The translations under genes and the position numbers were made by a program. Shown here piece after piece: positions 39,183-52,061 of a stretch of DNA of 64,000 bases. The notes beneath the pieces are model-generated. The model was not told where the DNA came from, made no database searches, and saw only the letters and a program-made list of their open reading frames with translations. The stretch is from the NCBI GenBank assembly GCA_964035545.1, contig OZ037772.1:682001-746000 (forward strand). Direction: 5' to 3'. Origin of the DNA: Bugula neritina. Lineage: Eukaryota > Animalia > Bryozoa. Each line of letters opens with the position of its first letter. Positions within the stretch are counted from its first letter, which is position 1.

Positions 39183-39420
39183 TAATATGCTGGGGTTTCC
39201 CTCACAGCTATTATATATGCTGGAATTCCCCTCACACCTATGCTATATGCCGGGGTTTCCCTCACAGCTATGCTATATGCTGGGGTTTTCCTCACAGCTA
39301 TTATATATGCTGGAATTCCCCTCACACCTATGCTATATGCCGGGGTTTCCCTCACAGATATTCTATATGCTGGGGTTTCCCTCACAGATATGCTATATGC
39401 TGGGGTTCTCCTCACAGCTA
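39183..39420. repeat. 30-bp tandem repeat x8 (TATATGCTGGGGTTTCCCTCACAGCTATGC)
   Basis: Directly visible; it explains four overlapping repetitive ORFs. Confidence 0.95.
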
Positions 39421-42108
39421 GTCTGCACTAAGGCAGGGAGTAGGCTAAGTAATCATATTGAATCCCAGCAGTGCTTGTTACTTCAACTGACAGGATTACT
39501 ATGTATGATAGTTACTCTGACTGGTTTTCATGGATTATTTTTACCATACTGTTTGCCACATGATGCATTGTCTGAGTAAAAACAAGGAAACAAAGAAATA
39601 TACCAGAAATGTTGAGAATTGTGGTGTTCCAGAATTAATAAATGACCACTTGTAATGCGTACTGGTGCTGCTTGGTTCATAGGACCTGTCGAACAAGCTG
39701 GAGAACCTGGTCTGGATGGCAGAAATGGAAAGACAGGAGAAACTGCACGAACTAATATGCCTGGTCCAACCGGCTCAAGGGGGGTCACTGGAGAACCCGG
39801 ATCTGATGGAAGGTATTTTTTGTGCTTTACTCTATTCAGCTTCTTGGAACTTTTTATTTGATTTAGTTTTTATAATTTGTTATCAATTTTTTCAGAGACG
39901 GTTTACCTGGAGTACCGGGTGCTGATGGTAGACCTGGGGAGCAGGGTGATCAAGGACCTCCTGGCTCCATGGGTCCAGTGGGAATCTCCGGTAACCAGGG
40001 ACCTGAAGGTGCTCAAGGAGACAAGGGTGATAAGGCAAGAACATTCTTTATTCAGTTTTCTATTTATTTCAGTTCTCTGGTTTTCCACTAGTCAATCCTG
40101 TAGTTGTTTATTTGTTTTAGTTTATTTATGTTAATACTAAAGTTGCTTCAGTGACATCACATGATGTAATATATTACATAACAGTGCAGTATAATACACC
40201 ATAATATAATATGTTATACAATACAATAATATTACAGAAAATATAATTCACTAATATCTCACAGCTAAGTTGTGTCTCCTAAATATATTCATTACTATAG
40301 GGGCCAGCTGGGCCAGAGGGTGCTTCTGGACCAACTGGATTGTCTGGGCCAACTGGTCCTCAGGGACCCCAGGGAGCTTCCGGAAATTCCCGGCGAACAA
40401 GGACCTAAAGGTATGAATTAAGTTGAACCAATCTTTGTCCTTAGTTATTGGCCATCAACAGAATCTTGACTCTAAGAGTTATCCTACTTGGTAAGAAGGT
40501 AAGGCAATTCCTAACTCATGATAATATGAATATCATCTGCTGTTGTAAGACCCACTGGTTTCCAGGGACCTCAGGGATTCCTCGGAGCTCCTGGTGTTGA
40601 TGGTGAAAGGGGAGATGTTGGATCAGTTGGCATTGCTGGACCCCCCGGGCTACGGGGTGCTGACGGCAAAGAAGGAATAACTGGTTCTTCTGGTGCTATG
40701 GGGCCACCTGGACCTGATGGTGCTAAGGTAAACACTTACACTGTTAACAGGTTATTGTTATTCATCTTGTTGGTTTAGTGGTAATAAACCAATAGTTCTA
40801 GGGTGAGCAAAGGAGAGTTGGGGAAATGGGTAGTCCTGGCAGTCCTGGACCTCCTGGACCACCTGGTGAAGCCCCAATATTTGGTTAGTTATTAGCAAAA
40901 CCAAGTTATTGTCCATTACTTGTATCTTTTTTATTTTCTTTCAACTGTTTATTGGTAATATTTTGGGAATTTCATCCATAGCCTGTGATTGAAGCTTTAT
41001 TTTATTCTACCATGGGTTATGTTAGGTGCGCCCCCTATGATGATGAGTGCAATGATGTCCAACGGTAAAGGTGTACAAGCAGATGATGCAGGCGCCAACA
41101 ATGAGCTCTATAATATGTACCTCAGTGAGTAATGGCCATGATGTGCTTTGATGTTGCCTGCTTTGTAGCGAAAAAGCTCTTTTAAATAGTGTTTTGGAAC
41201 TCAAATGAAAGACTCGTTTCAAATTGTGTGTATGTTTTTGCAGACAAACAATTTTGTAATTAACTGTTAGAAACTATTGTAATAAAAATATAGACAGCTG
41301 TTATAATGTATTTCTCCTCCTAGCATTGATGATTGACATTCTTGTTTGATGAGTCACGTATTTAGTTCGTTTCTTCAGTTAAATGTTTCTACATTCTGAC
41401 ATATTATATAATGTTGATTTTATTGCTGTTAGCTTACATAACTACTTCCACCTTATTTCTCTAGAAACAAAAGTAAGAGACGGGTCCAAAGACAGCCCTG
41501 TTAGAGACTGTAGAGAACTCTTCACTGAAAACCCAGAGTTCAAGAGTGGAACTTATTGGGTGAGATAAGATGCTGATATGTTTCTATTTTCTCTGCTCAG
41601 AAGAAATCTGCATCCAAGTCTAATGACTGAAATTCTGTGAACATGTTTTACATTCTACAATTACTACTCCTGAGGTGTCAATATCATGTCATGTGAAGTT
41701 TCCACAGATATTTAATGTTTAAGAATAAGAGTTTTTCCATGAGTTGCCTGTATTATATAATTCTGTATATTTAACAGCTGAACAGGTTTTAGAAGTTTTA
41801 TGTGATGTTTGTATTGTGTTAGTGTGAAAAAGAGAAGTTGTATTCTCTATTGTTTGTTGTCAGGTGGATCCAGATGGTGGCTCCATAGCTAATGCTATCC
41901 AGGCTTACTGTCGCAAGGAAATGAAGAGCACTTGTATTAATGCCAAGACCTCTGAGTTTGCCACCAAATCATACGTCACCCAGCAGCTAGATAATCAGCC
42001 ATTTGTTGCTAAACACATGGGAACAACAATTGTGAGTGTTTATCTTGCATCAACCATGACTTTCTCAGTAATACTTGAGAATATTCAAAAGTTTTATGTT
42101 GAGAATTG

Positions 42109-42232
42109 TCGCTATAGTAACATATTTGTTTACTGTATGGATGTTGATAAGTGTTGCTATAGTAACATGTTGGTTTCCTGTATGGATGTTGATAAGTGTT
42201 GCTATAGTAACATGTTGGTTTCCTGTATGGAT
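42109..42232. repeat. 45-bp tandem repeat, about 3 copies
   Basis: GCTATAGTAACATGTTGGTTTCCTGTATGGATGTTGATAAGTGTT repeated in a collagen intron. Confidence 0.9.
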
Positions 42233-42632
42233 TGTAGTTTGAGTATCAGGCAGAGTCTTCCCAACTCAACTTCCTTCGAATTCATTCTGAGAGAGCAAAC
42301 CCTGACTTACAGGTAATAGTCACTGCTAGCAGCTTATCAAATAGTCACTAGTTGCTAGTCACCAGTTGCTAGTTGCCAATCACCAGATACTAGTCCTCTA
42401 CTATGTTGCAAGTCACTTGATAATCTGAACAATCACAGGCTTTTTTAAGCTGAGCGAGTTGTTGGTATGACTATTCCTTTTGTCGATTGTAGATGTATAA
42501 ACTCAGTGGCGGTAGAAGCCGCATACGGTAGGAAGAATAAGTCAGTCATTTTATATACAGCTGGTGATAAAGAATACACAGCGACAGATAGCAGGTTTCA
42601 ATATTCAGTGCTGCAGGATGATTGCAAGGTAT

Positions 42633-42730
42633 GTAAATGTGACCTATATAATGTAAATCTGACCTATATAGTGTAAACCTGATCTATATAGTGTAAATCT
42701 GACTTCTATAGTGTAAATATGACCTGCATA
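42633..42730. repeat. 20-bp tandem repeat x5 (GTAAATCTGACCTATATAGT)
   Basis: Directly visible; starts at the donor site. Confidence 0.9.
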
Positions 42731-44694
42731 TGCACATGATTGCGATAGTTGCATCTTTTGTTCTATTAATTTACTGTGGAGCTTGCTTTTGAGGCTTGTA
42801 ATAAATGTTTACGAGTTCAACCCAAAAGCCACTTTGAGTGCTGTACGAGTTTAGAGTTTTGAGTTTGCCGTCTGCCATTTTGTAGTATGCCAAATCATCA
42901 GAAGCTCAGACAGTGATTGAGATTGACACCAAGACCGCCACCCACTTGCCTATTATTGACATTGCTCCTGGTGACATCTGGACCACCCACAAAGAGTTTG
43001 GGGTTCAGCTTGGAGAAGTCTGCTTTTCATAGACTCATATCTAACAACAGTGTTATTTGGCTGATTTTTTAAAACTGTCCCTGATTAGATAATTAGTGGC
43101 CACACAGTTGGTTTAAGGTCATACTTTTCATTTTCTGGCTCTTTGCCAGGTGCTTTATGTTCTATATGAACAATGTTCCACTGATAGCTCGAACAGGTTG
43201 AATGTCACAGGAACAAAAAAAATATAAAAAGATAAAGAAACTTATGTTCTCCAATATACTTTTTTATTTTTTTCGAAAGCCAATTCATGTTTAAGTTATA
43301 GCTTGTTGAAAAACATAGTCCCCCTTCCACATTCTTTTCAATTTATACGCTCCTGACTTGTTATTGTGTCTCAATATGCCTTGTATTTGAGTGCTTGTTA
43401 GTCTCGCTTCACTAACTTTGCCTATACTTCACAAGTGCCAGTGCTGCTGGCTCAAAAGCTAAATGTTATAAACTGTCAGCTAAAACCCAATCTTGTATTC
43501 CTAGGTTGGTTGGCCTAAATAAAACAATAGTCAAATCATGATTTCATGTTTTAAAAATTTACTCTATTCTAACCTGCTGCCTAGCTAGTTCTATTTTTGA
43601 TGTATAATTACAAAATTTGTGATACATTTTTTTGGCAACCATGTAATTTATAAAATGCAGTAATGGTACTTATAATATTATATTATTATCATTATAATAT
43701 ATTATATAGTATTATGTGTGTTTTTATTATCCTGCATAATATCTAATTTATTATTGTTGTTGTGCAAACAAGTGCAATTAACCTAGTTTTCAAAATGTAC
43801 CTCTAAATTATCAGAATATTAGTTTAGATATTTTCATGCTTTGTAAGGTAAACCTAAAAAAAGAGGCTGTATTCCCAAAGTAAAGGGTGTTGAACTATGA
43901 ACTATATTAGATTAGCCACTCTGCTACCAAGTGCATCAGTATAATATTATATGAATAGCTCTGATGCTTTGTCTCCGGTGGCTGGCTGCGATATGATAAC
44001 TTGGCCAACTTCCAAGAGTTTAAAATTGGCGCAATTATTCAAGAGGTTACATACTGCACAGAGCTAGCAGTGATAGTAACCTTGCTATTGGCAGTACTTA
44101 TTACAACTGCCAGCATATAAGCTGCATTGTAGAATGCCGTTGGGGCAGGCTAGTAAAACCAAATTCTGCTCTCTAATATACCTTAGACAAAATGCAGCAA
44201 CATAATTTTTAGTTTCAAATTACATTTGCCACCCTTACATGAGCTGTGGGCTTCATAAAGATTCATATGATTAGAGATTTATGCTATAGGCCCTATCTGT
44301 GCTAGTGTATGATGAAAATAACACACCATTGTCAAAGTTAACTTCAAGTATGTTGTTTTCCAGAAACTCAGTAATGTCCATTTATCTCTCGCATACAAAT
44401 ACTTATGTAATACCATACAGTTTAAGTTTTATTTTAGAGCACATCTGCAAACTCTACAATAAGAGCTTGCTTTACCAGTCTATTTCAGACCTGTTTTTGT
44501 AGCTAGTAATACGCAAGCTACTTATTTTTAAACTTTTGGGTTATTTGTTCAAAACCATTAGCTTTGCTAGTAACCCGAGACTATTGCAACAGTTGACTGC
44601 TATCAACATGAATTGACAGCCTAATAATTATAACCCTTTTGCGCGCGAAATATTTATGTAATGATAGTTACTCATATAGTGCGCGTCTTAGTAA

Positions 44695-44779
44695 CGGTGA
44701 CTGCGTGGTCTAGAGGTTAGAGGCGTCAGCGAGGAGTTAGATGGTTATGGTTCAACCCTGTTTTGTCGCAATTTTTTTT
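44695..44779 (+). other. tRNA-like Pol III promoter remnant
   Basis: A box TGGTCTAGAGG, B box GGTTCAACCC and a downstream T run; no complete cloverleaf. Confidence 0.4.
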
Positions 44780-46869
44780 GTCAACTTATGCAAATCCTAC
44801 GCATGTATAATAAATATGGCTATAATTGTAAAGTTTTTTTTAACTTTTGTTCAACAGTAAGACAACATACATGCATAATAATTAGATACTGAACACTGGA
44901 CTAAACCTTAAATTGATCTTATAGAATACAATGTACTTAAAATAATCATATGTGAATTAGAGAAACTGAAAGTGCACCTGCTGCTCTATAGACAGACCTT
45001 TACTGACAAGACTGCAAAGTGAAGTGATTTAGCTGAAATTAACTCTGCCAAACAAACAAAGAATTATGTTGTGCTGAGGCATTTTCAATATATTATTGTA
45101 ACATAGTGAGATGATTCAGCTAAGTGCTAATGTAAAACAGGGAACATTATATTGGCAGAAATCCAATAGACTGCCAATTTGTGCGAGAGGGTACTATGTG
45201 TTATTGTGATAGCGCAGAGCGGCAAACGTACTAGGAATGTTATAATTAGTCACAGGAGCGTAGCTAGAACCACCATATGAAGAATTTAGAAAATTGCAGT
45301 GAAACTTGCAAAATGGTGTATGTTTTTACCAAATTGTGAAGAGCATAAACAGAATTTCAAAAAACAAAGAAAGTATATTAGAGAAAACATATCAAGGAAT
45401 GTCAAGTTTAACTTTTATACTTTATAAAATGAATCCCCTGTGCTACAGCAGTGGAACATGGAGGGTGTAAAATTTTACTTATTATGCAACAACTTTCTCA
45501 GAAAATTTTTTATTGAAAAATTAAAAAAGTATATGAAAGAGGAATGCAAGAGCTATCTTTTCATGTAAAATTTGTTAATGTGAGACAAAAACTGTTCGAG
45601 CTATCTCCTGGAAACTGTTTATATATAACATAAAGCAGTGCCTGAATGTGGAAAGTAATGACCTTAAACCAACTGTGCAATCAGAGAATTCAATCAATGT
45701 TGGTTGGCTGAGACCAGCAGTCTGATTCTTATATAACCTAATTGTTAAATGAAATATTTGATTACTCTAAATAAATTTATCCGAGATTTCCAAGGCAGTG
45801 ATGGTGATTTTTGTACATATAAATTTGAAGGAGTTTAGCTATAGGGTTTATGCTGTTTTTTTAATTATTTCACCATAACCTGAGATTGTGAGTAGTAATT
45901 CTAGAATAAGGTAGGGAGGGTGTAAAGCCCTTCCCTATGACTTTATGTATTTAGAAACTGTTGTTAATTTAGTAATTCTGTTGGTGCTACATTTTTAAAT
46001 TCATTTAATCCAAACATTTCTCTATTACAAAATATATTTTACCATAAGGTGCTACACAATTTATTTCTCAGCTTGTAGATTACATCATCAAAATTATTGA
46101 AGTAATAAAATTGGTCCAGAATTTGTAAGAAGCTGCAGTTTTCAGATCTGATTATTTAACCTATTTATCCTGAAATTAAACATTGTTAGTTTAAAATGGA
46201 GTGTAACATATATTTTAGTCACTTAATTCAAACTGTGTTGACCATATCAACATTTTAAATTTTACTTTGGCTGCTATGAAGTACATAAGTAAATGGCATT
46301 AAATTTCACAGGTCACATCATCTTGTAAAAGTTAATTGTAAATAAAAATAAATTTCTAGTGTTTTTGAGAAGCTACAGGTTTGTATGTTTGAACAAATGT
46401 AACATAATGTTCCTTAATGTCAATATTCTGCTTTTACAACAATACCATAAACATTGTGACTCTGTCAGTAGCCAAAAGAAATGATGAAAAAAGTTGTTTA
46501 CTAACACAACTAGTAAATTTTATAAATATCAGACACGATTTAGAGAAGAGTTGATGCTGCCCCGCTGCTGCGGGACGGCGGAAGATTTTTGAAAACATAG
46601 ATTGGGACTTTGGCAGAGTCAGACTTGGGCTCGCATTTGAAAGACTTGTTACTGAAAGCAGAAACAATAAATATCAAAATTGTCTAATTTTCAGGTTTCT
46701 GGGAAATTTCTTTAGATGTATATCTGAAACTAACAATGTTTTACTAACCTTCATGTCAGGAGTTCTCTTCATCATTGTTGTACAGACTTTGAATACTGTC
46801 ACATATCAACTGGAAACACACATTTCAATCATTAACTCAAGCACAATCAACATAGAAGTTTAGCAATTA

Positions 46870-48145
46870 CCAGTGAGCGTTGAAAGAATTTCAACAGATT
46901 GAAAACTTTTCCAAATAAATTATAAGTCTACAAACTGTTTTTGATCTAGCAATGAGCCATTTTAATTCGATACATAGTGGTGATCGCTTAGCTGGGATCT
47001 TGGTTGGGGGTGGGGTCTATTCCTGCCATTGTTTCTGCCCATCTCAGTGTCTCTGCTACACACTCCTATGTAACAGATGTATGAGTTATATCCATTATAC
47101 TGTATGCCTTCAGCACATATATGTCATACATCCATATTGCACCTTATCACAGTGGTAACTGGTATAAAATGTATCACCTTATATGCGTCAAATTGCGTGA
47201 CTATCAGCTTCTTCTGAAAAGTCAAACTTTGCACTTTGGCTTCAGCCTTCGTCATTCGAGAATATAACTGAGAAACAACATCCTGCCAATAGGAAGACAG
47301 ATAGCAGCGTAAATTTTTCAAATTTTGGTTTTCCTGATGTCAAACACAGAAAGGTTTAACTCATGAAAACACAGCACTAATTAAACAGGGAGAACTATTA
47401 TATTAATTCAAGGGAACCTTTAGGTTACAACTCGTTAGCAAAGTGGGTATCTCGAGGATTTTGTATTGGTGAACTTCAGCCTATAAATGGCTCGTTTTAC
47501 TCTTTTGCTCACAAAGTTTATCAACAAGATAGAAAAGCTTAACATATTCACTAGAAGAAGATTGTATCTGCTAAAGACTATGTCCAGCTATTATAGATTA
47601 TAGATTGTATCTACAATCACATGGCACACTCACAGTAAACTTGTTAGCTTATTACTAAGCAGTGAACTTCAAACTAGTAGGCAGAGTGTTAACAAAGGAA
47701 GTCACTTCCAACAACTGCATATCTGTTGAGAATAGCTCACTGCGGCCAGCTAAAGACTATGTCCAGCTATTATACACACTTTAGTCACAAATAATTAATT
47801 ATATTTCACTTGCAAAATGCAAGGATTCGGTAACATACATTAGCCCTGGCGATATGTTTTCTCATCTTGATAATATCCCATTGTTGAAAGGCTATCATTC
47901 GCTCCTTCTTAGCGACAAGTGCATTAGCAGCTTCCAGTTCAATTTTCAGTTTGTCATTGATGCTCTCTGCATCTGCCGTGGAGTCACTAATCTGCTACAT
48001 AGACACCTGCTGCTTGGCTAATTCTTTCTGAACTGTGAACAACTCACAGTTGAGGCTCTTCAACTTGTCCTGCAACTGGCCAACTTCTTCTTGTAGAGTT
48101 CCGGAAGTCTGTTTTTCAACAAAAAGCTGTGTTCGCAGGTCACAA
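46870..48145 (-). pseudogene. Coiled-coil protein fragment with PACT-like C-terminal domain (pericentrin/AKAP9-like)
   Basis: Coiled-coil exon at about 48140-47841 with an in-frame TAG. Exon 47333-47178 (QLYSRMTKAEAKVQSLTFQKKLIVTQFDAYK) splices in phase to the exon starting at 47065 (ECVAETLRWAETMAG). This matches the PACT spacing LY-x5-AE-x5-L-x-YQKK...ECEDATL...MGG. Confidence 0.55.
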
Positions 48146-48765
48146 TACACAATGTTATATATGTTATATATGATATATATGTACTTTGCCTCTTTATATT
48201 GGAAACTTGGTTTCTTTACTGCATAACCAATTGTGAAACAACACTGATGTTTCAAACACAGCACGCTTAGCGCATTTCAAAATCATTTGAAAAAAATGGG
48301 ACATTTTCAAATTGATGTACGTTGATTGACTGACTGATTCAGATAAGCTTTGATCTGAACAGACAACTCTTAATCTACAGAGAAATTTTAATATTTGTGA
48401 CACAGAATAATATAAAATAATCCTGCAGCATCCTGTTTCACAGAAATCTTATGGTTTTGTATTTAGGAATGAGCAAAGTACAAATGGAAGAGTCCAAGCT
48501 ACTCATTTACTTTGATATAACACATTGAATAAAACACAATAATTCTCATCACAGATTGTAGACTAATAATTATGGTTTTCATACAAAATTAATTTGTCAG
48601 CAACTTCTTCTAGTTTGAAAAAAGCAATAGATTTTACTAAATTTACTACTAAACTGTTAATCTAAATATGGAATGGATAATTCAACATCCCGTAGCATAG
48701 CTAAAATTTCACCAAGTTGCATTGCATCTTAAAAGAATAGTAAGTGTAATCATAACTAAACTAAC

Positions 48766-48870
48766 ATGTGTCATCACAACTAGAATAGTATGAGTCACCA
48801 CAACTAGAATAGTATGAGTCACCACAACTAGAATAGTATGAGTCATCACAACTAGAATAGTATGTGTCAT
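48766..48870. repeat. 24-bp tandem repeat x4 (GTCACCACAACTAGAATAGTATGA)
   Basis: Directly visible. Confidence 0.9.
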
Positions 48871-49436
48871 AGACCTACCTGCCTTTCTGCTTTTCACCAG
48901 CCGGGTGTCTCCCAGCATAGAAGAAGTGGTTGATATTGTCAGGGTAGCTGCGCGGTTTCTCTCTGCATTTCTTGTATGCTTCTTCATCAAACGTCTTACA
49001 TGGACCAAACTCAAACACTTGGCTTACTGTAACGCAATATACTAGAACATGCTAGAATATACTATACTAGGGTACACTATACTATACTAAGAACACACTA
49101 GAATATACTAAGTAATTGTAAACATTTGGTTTACTGTAACATAATTTAAAAATATATTAGTTGCTGACAGACAGACAGACAGACATTGCATAGTTTGTTA
49201 AGTGTTAAGTGTTAAGCTTCATGCTACTTTACCTGAGCATTCTATGCTATTGAATGTTTATTTTCTGCAATATTTCTAGCTGTTATAGCTTTGAATTTAA
49301 CATTTTTATGGTGTTTGTGATACAAGTTTCATTTGTTAATAAAGGTGTGCATTCTTTGGCTGAAATGTGGTTTACTTAGCTAGACTGATCCTAGTGACTT
49401 CCAATATTACTATATTTATGATGCTGCTATTCTAGT

Positions 49437-52061
49437 AAACTGAATGGTGAAGACTGACTAAGGAAAGAGACAGCACGTCACAAGACCGCTGTATCCAGGT
49501 GTCCTTGCCGAAGTGACTCCCCTCTCAACTACCGCATAGCATATAAACCCACAAATCACTCTACACCACCATCTTCTGTCCTACAATCTCAGTCTAACCA
49601 ACCAATGGTAAGTCATAACCAACTTCTGTCAGTCACTCATTCAACATGGTGCATTCTGATTGCATCAATTATACATCTGTTGAGTACTACTGCATGCTGT
49701 AGAACGGTCCCGACTTGCAAGGAGCGGAGGGTGGTGAGGAGTTTCTGATTGACGATTCAGATGAAGATATGTCCCTAGACCCCCTGACTCCCTCTGGAGA
49801 ATACTCAAAGAGCTGTCCAATCATGACGAGAGGTTAGTCTTTCATCAAATAGTTGCTTTCGGCTATCGCTTGTTAAATAAATAAACGCTGCTGACATAAT
49901 GAACAGTTTTAAAATAGTGCAGACTAACTTATCCCAATGTATACTGTTATATGGTCAGTGTCAAATGTGTATGTATAGACATAAAGAAAGAATACAAGCA
50001 ATGGAAGACCTGATAAACATAAAAAAATATACTCTTTTAGATCCACAGCAAAATTCATGTTTTAGCTGTACAGTTTGTGCCACTACGGATAGCAGAGGAA
50101 GGCAAAATCAAACGCACGTCACTCGGTTCTGCAGTGCCATGTATTATCATTACTGTTTAGAACTAAAATATATAATGATTATCATGACTATCTACAAGTA
50201 GCAACAGCAGAGTGTTTTGTATTATGTATAAAATGGCAAAGCTTTAACCTCACCAGATGTATATATTAGGGGAGCTTCAACTTGTAGTTTTGTAGTTTTA
50301 CCATGATGTCTTTGATATTTTATAAAAAGGTCAGAAATGGCTATATCTATAGATTTTAGTAACATTTCAACCAACTTTTTAGGCAAACAAACTAATAACA
50401 GTGATCAGGGTGCAATAATCAGGTGGCCCATTGTGCCCTGGTCAGCGTGGCCCATTGTGCCCCGTGTGGCCAAATTGAAAATAAATGTGCCTCAAGGAAA
50501 ATTTATTTTAGTGTTTGCTGTTATACTAGTTAAGCAATGTAGAGACAAGCAATGGCATCAATATTAGTAAAATTTAGGCTTCTTGCCTTTGAGTGTGAAA
50601 AGTCATAAAGCTTTAACGACATCCTAAAAAATTTACAAAAAGTAGGTAAAAACAATTTTTTACTCGCCTTTTCAACACCTATGTTCCGCAAGTGTTGAAA
50701 CTACAAAGACTGAATAATTATGTCACTATTTTTTATGAAAAAAAAATTACAACTCTAAGTCAATATGTTCTCTCACAATTTGGCCGGTTTTTTGTTGTAC
50801 CCTATGACCGTTGTGCCCCCCCCTCCCCCCCCCCCCGTTACCCCTATCATACAAGCTCATAAGGATGCCAGTAAGTGGGTGAGAACTTTGTCCTCCAGTA
50901 ATCCTGCTCATTGAAATAGACGTTACAGTACTGGTGATTCATATTAAAATATATTTCTTGTTTTAAGCTTTTAGTACTGTTGCTTGTGATGGTGAGAGAA
51001 CTGTGTTGACTATAAACCTTTAGGTGTACCGAGCAGCTGAGGAGTGTGCTATAACACTGGCCATGTCACTGAAGCCCGAGCACTCTGTCGTAGTACTGGC
51101 TAAACTAACGGACAGTCTTGAGTACCCACTATCTGTAGCCACTATAAAGACACTCACACATGTTATTGAACGAATGAGTGAAGAATCCTTAATAAAAGTT
51201 ATTCAACAGCTGATACCAGGTCTTATTAAGGTATTACACTATGACTCTGGTAAAGTTTACTGACTAATATTAGGTCATCTGTTGAGATGTGTCACTAGTT
51301 TCTAGAATATTATTTCTACTCGGTGTAAAAAATGTTGTAAGTTGATCTCACTAGTATACACTGTAGTTGTGATCAACTTCTATGGCTTTTACAGGGCTAT
51401 AAACATGAAAAGTGCAGGTGCAGGAAAGCTAGTTACTCCGCTTTGGAAGTAGGAGATAATCTCAAGCCATATTTGTCTGTGCTAACAAGCAGCTTAAGGT
51501 AGGCCATCAGTTCTTCACAAAAAACATGTCTGAAACTAAACTATAAAAATCTGCTGAGAATAAGTGCCTGTTCCTTTCACTCTAGTAAACAGTAAATCTT
51601 AGGAATGTATATTTTATCCAAAATCGTGTGTTTTGAACTGCCCCTAGCACATTTATAACCAAAGAGTTTTGGTAACAACATTTTTATTTTAGTCATTTTT
51701 ATATGATAGTTTTCATACTTAGCTCAATAATTGAATTTACTAGTTGTCTAAATAATATAACGGAGTCATCAGAAAAATGCAAAATAAATGTTATTTTCAA
51801 TATTAAATGTAGATTTCACTTCCCACATCTAATATCACACATTTATAGAGTTGGTTATTAAATGACCAAGTCTTTGGTATGAATAAACTGGACAGTATTT
51901 GGCTAATGACTATACACTGTACCATCATTATTGACTCTGTGGTTGGCACTACGCTTCCCAGACTATTCTATCTTTTGTAGCTGAAACTTCTCAATCTATA
52001 TATTAAGAGAGCAGGAGAAAAGCGTGCAGAGCTTCACCACGACACTATCACAAAGAAATAA
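49437..52061 (+). pseudogene. CLASP: CLIP-associating protein C-terminal fragment
   Basis: Exons at about 49702-49832 (ILKELSNHDER, frameshifted), about 50846-50870 (QAHKDA), 51024-51230 (VYRAAEECAITLA...YPLSVATIK...LIPGLIK), 51395-51498 (GY...RKAS...GDNLKPYLSVLTSS, with deletions) and 51981-52061 (LKLLNLYIKRA...*). A probable upstream exon at 49437-49607 contains stops. Confidence 0.85.

Larger units (their letters stand above)
37323..43032 (+). pseudogene. Fibrillar collagen alpha chain, 3' part (Gly-X-Y exons, C-telopeptide, COLFI C-propeptide), disrupted
   Basis: Gly-X-Y exons at about 37323-37482, 38402-38575, 39055-39123, 39683-39812, 39896-40034, 40301-40410, 40549-40727 and 40802-40883. 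Telopeptide QADD at 41026-41124. COLFI exons 41465-41559 (DGSKDSPVRDC...SGTYW), 41864-42031, 42238-42312, 42493-42628 and 42886-43032 (LPIIDIAPGDI...FGVQLGEVCFS*). Frameshifts near 38467, 40385 and 42296; AA instead of AG acceptor near 40548; many Gly substitutions. Confidence 0.88.

Noticed and set aside
39110-39579. Repetitive ORFs in several frames
   Set aside because: Produced by the 30-bp intronic tandem repeat.
44695-44779. Functional tRNA gene
   Set aside because: A and B boxes are present but the acceptor and anticodon stems do not pair convincingly.
48879-49020. Minus-strand exon-like segment as part of the PACT-like gene
   Set aside because: It has a donor site and open frames, but I could not fix its frame, acceptor or identity.
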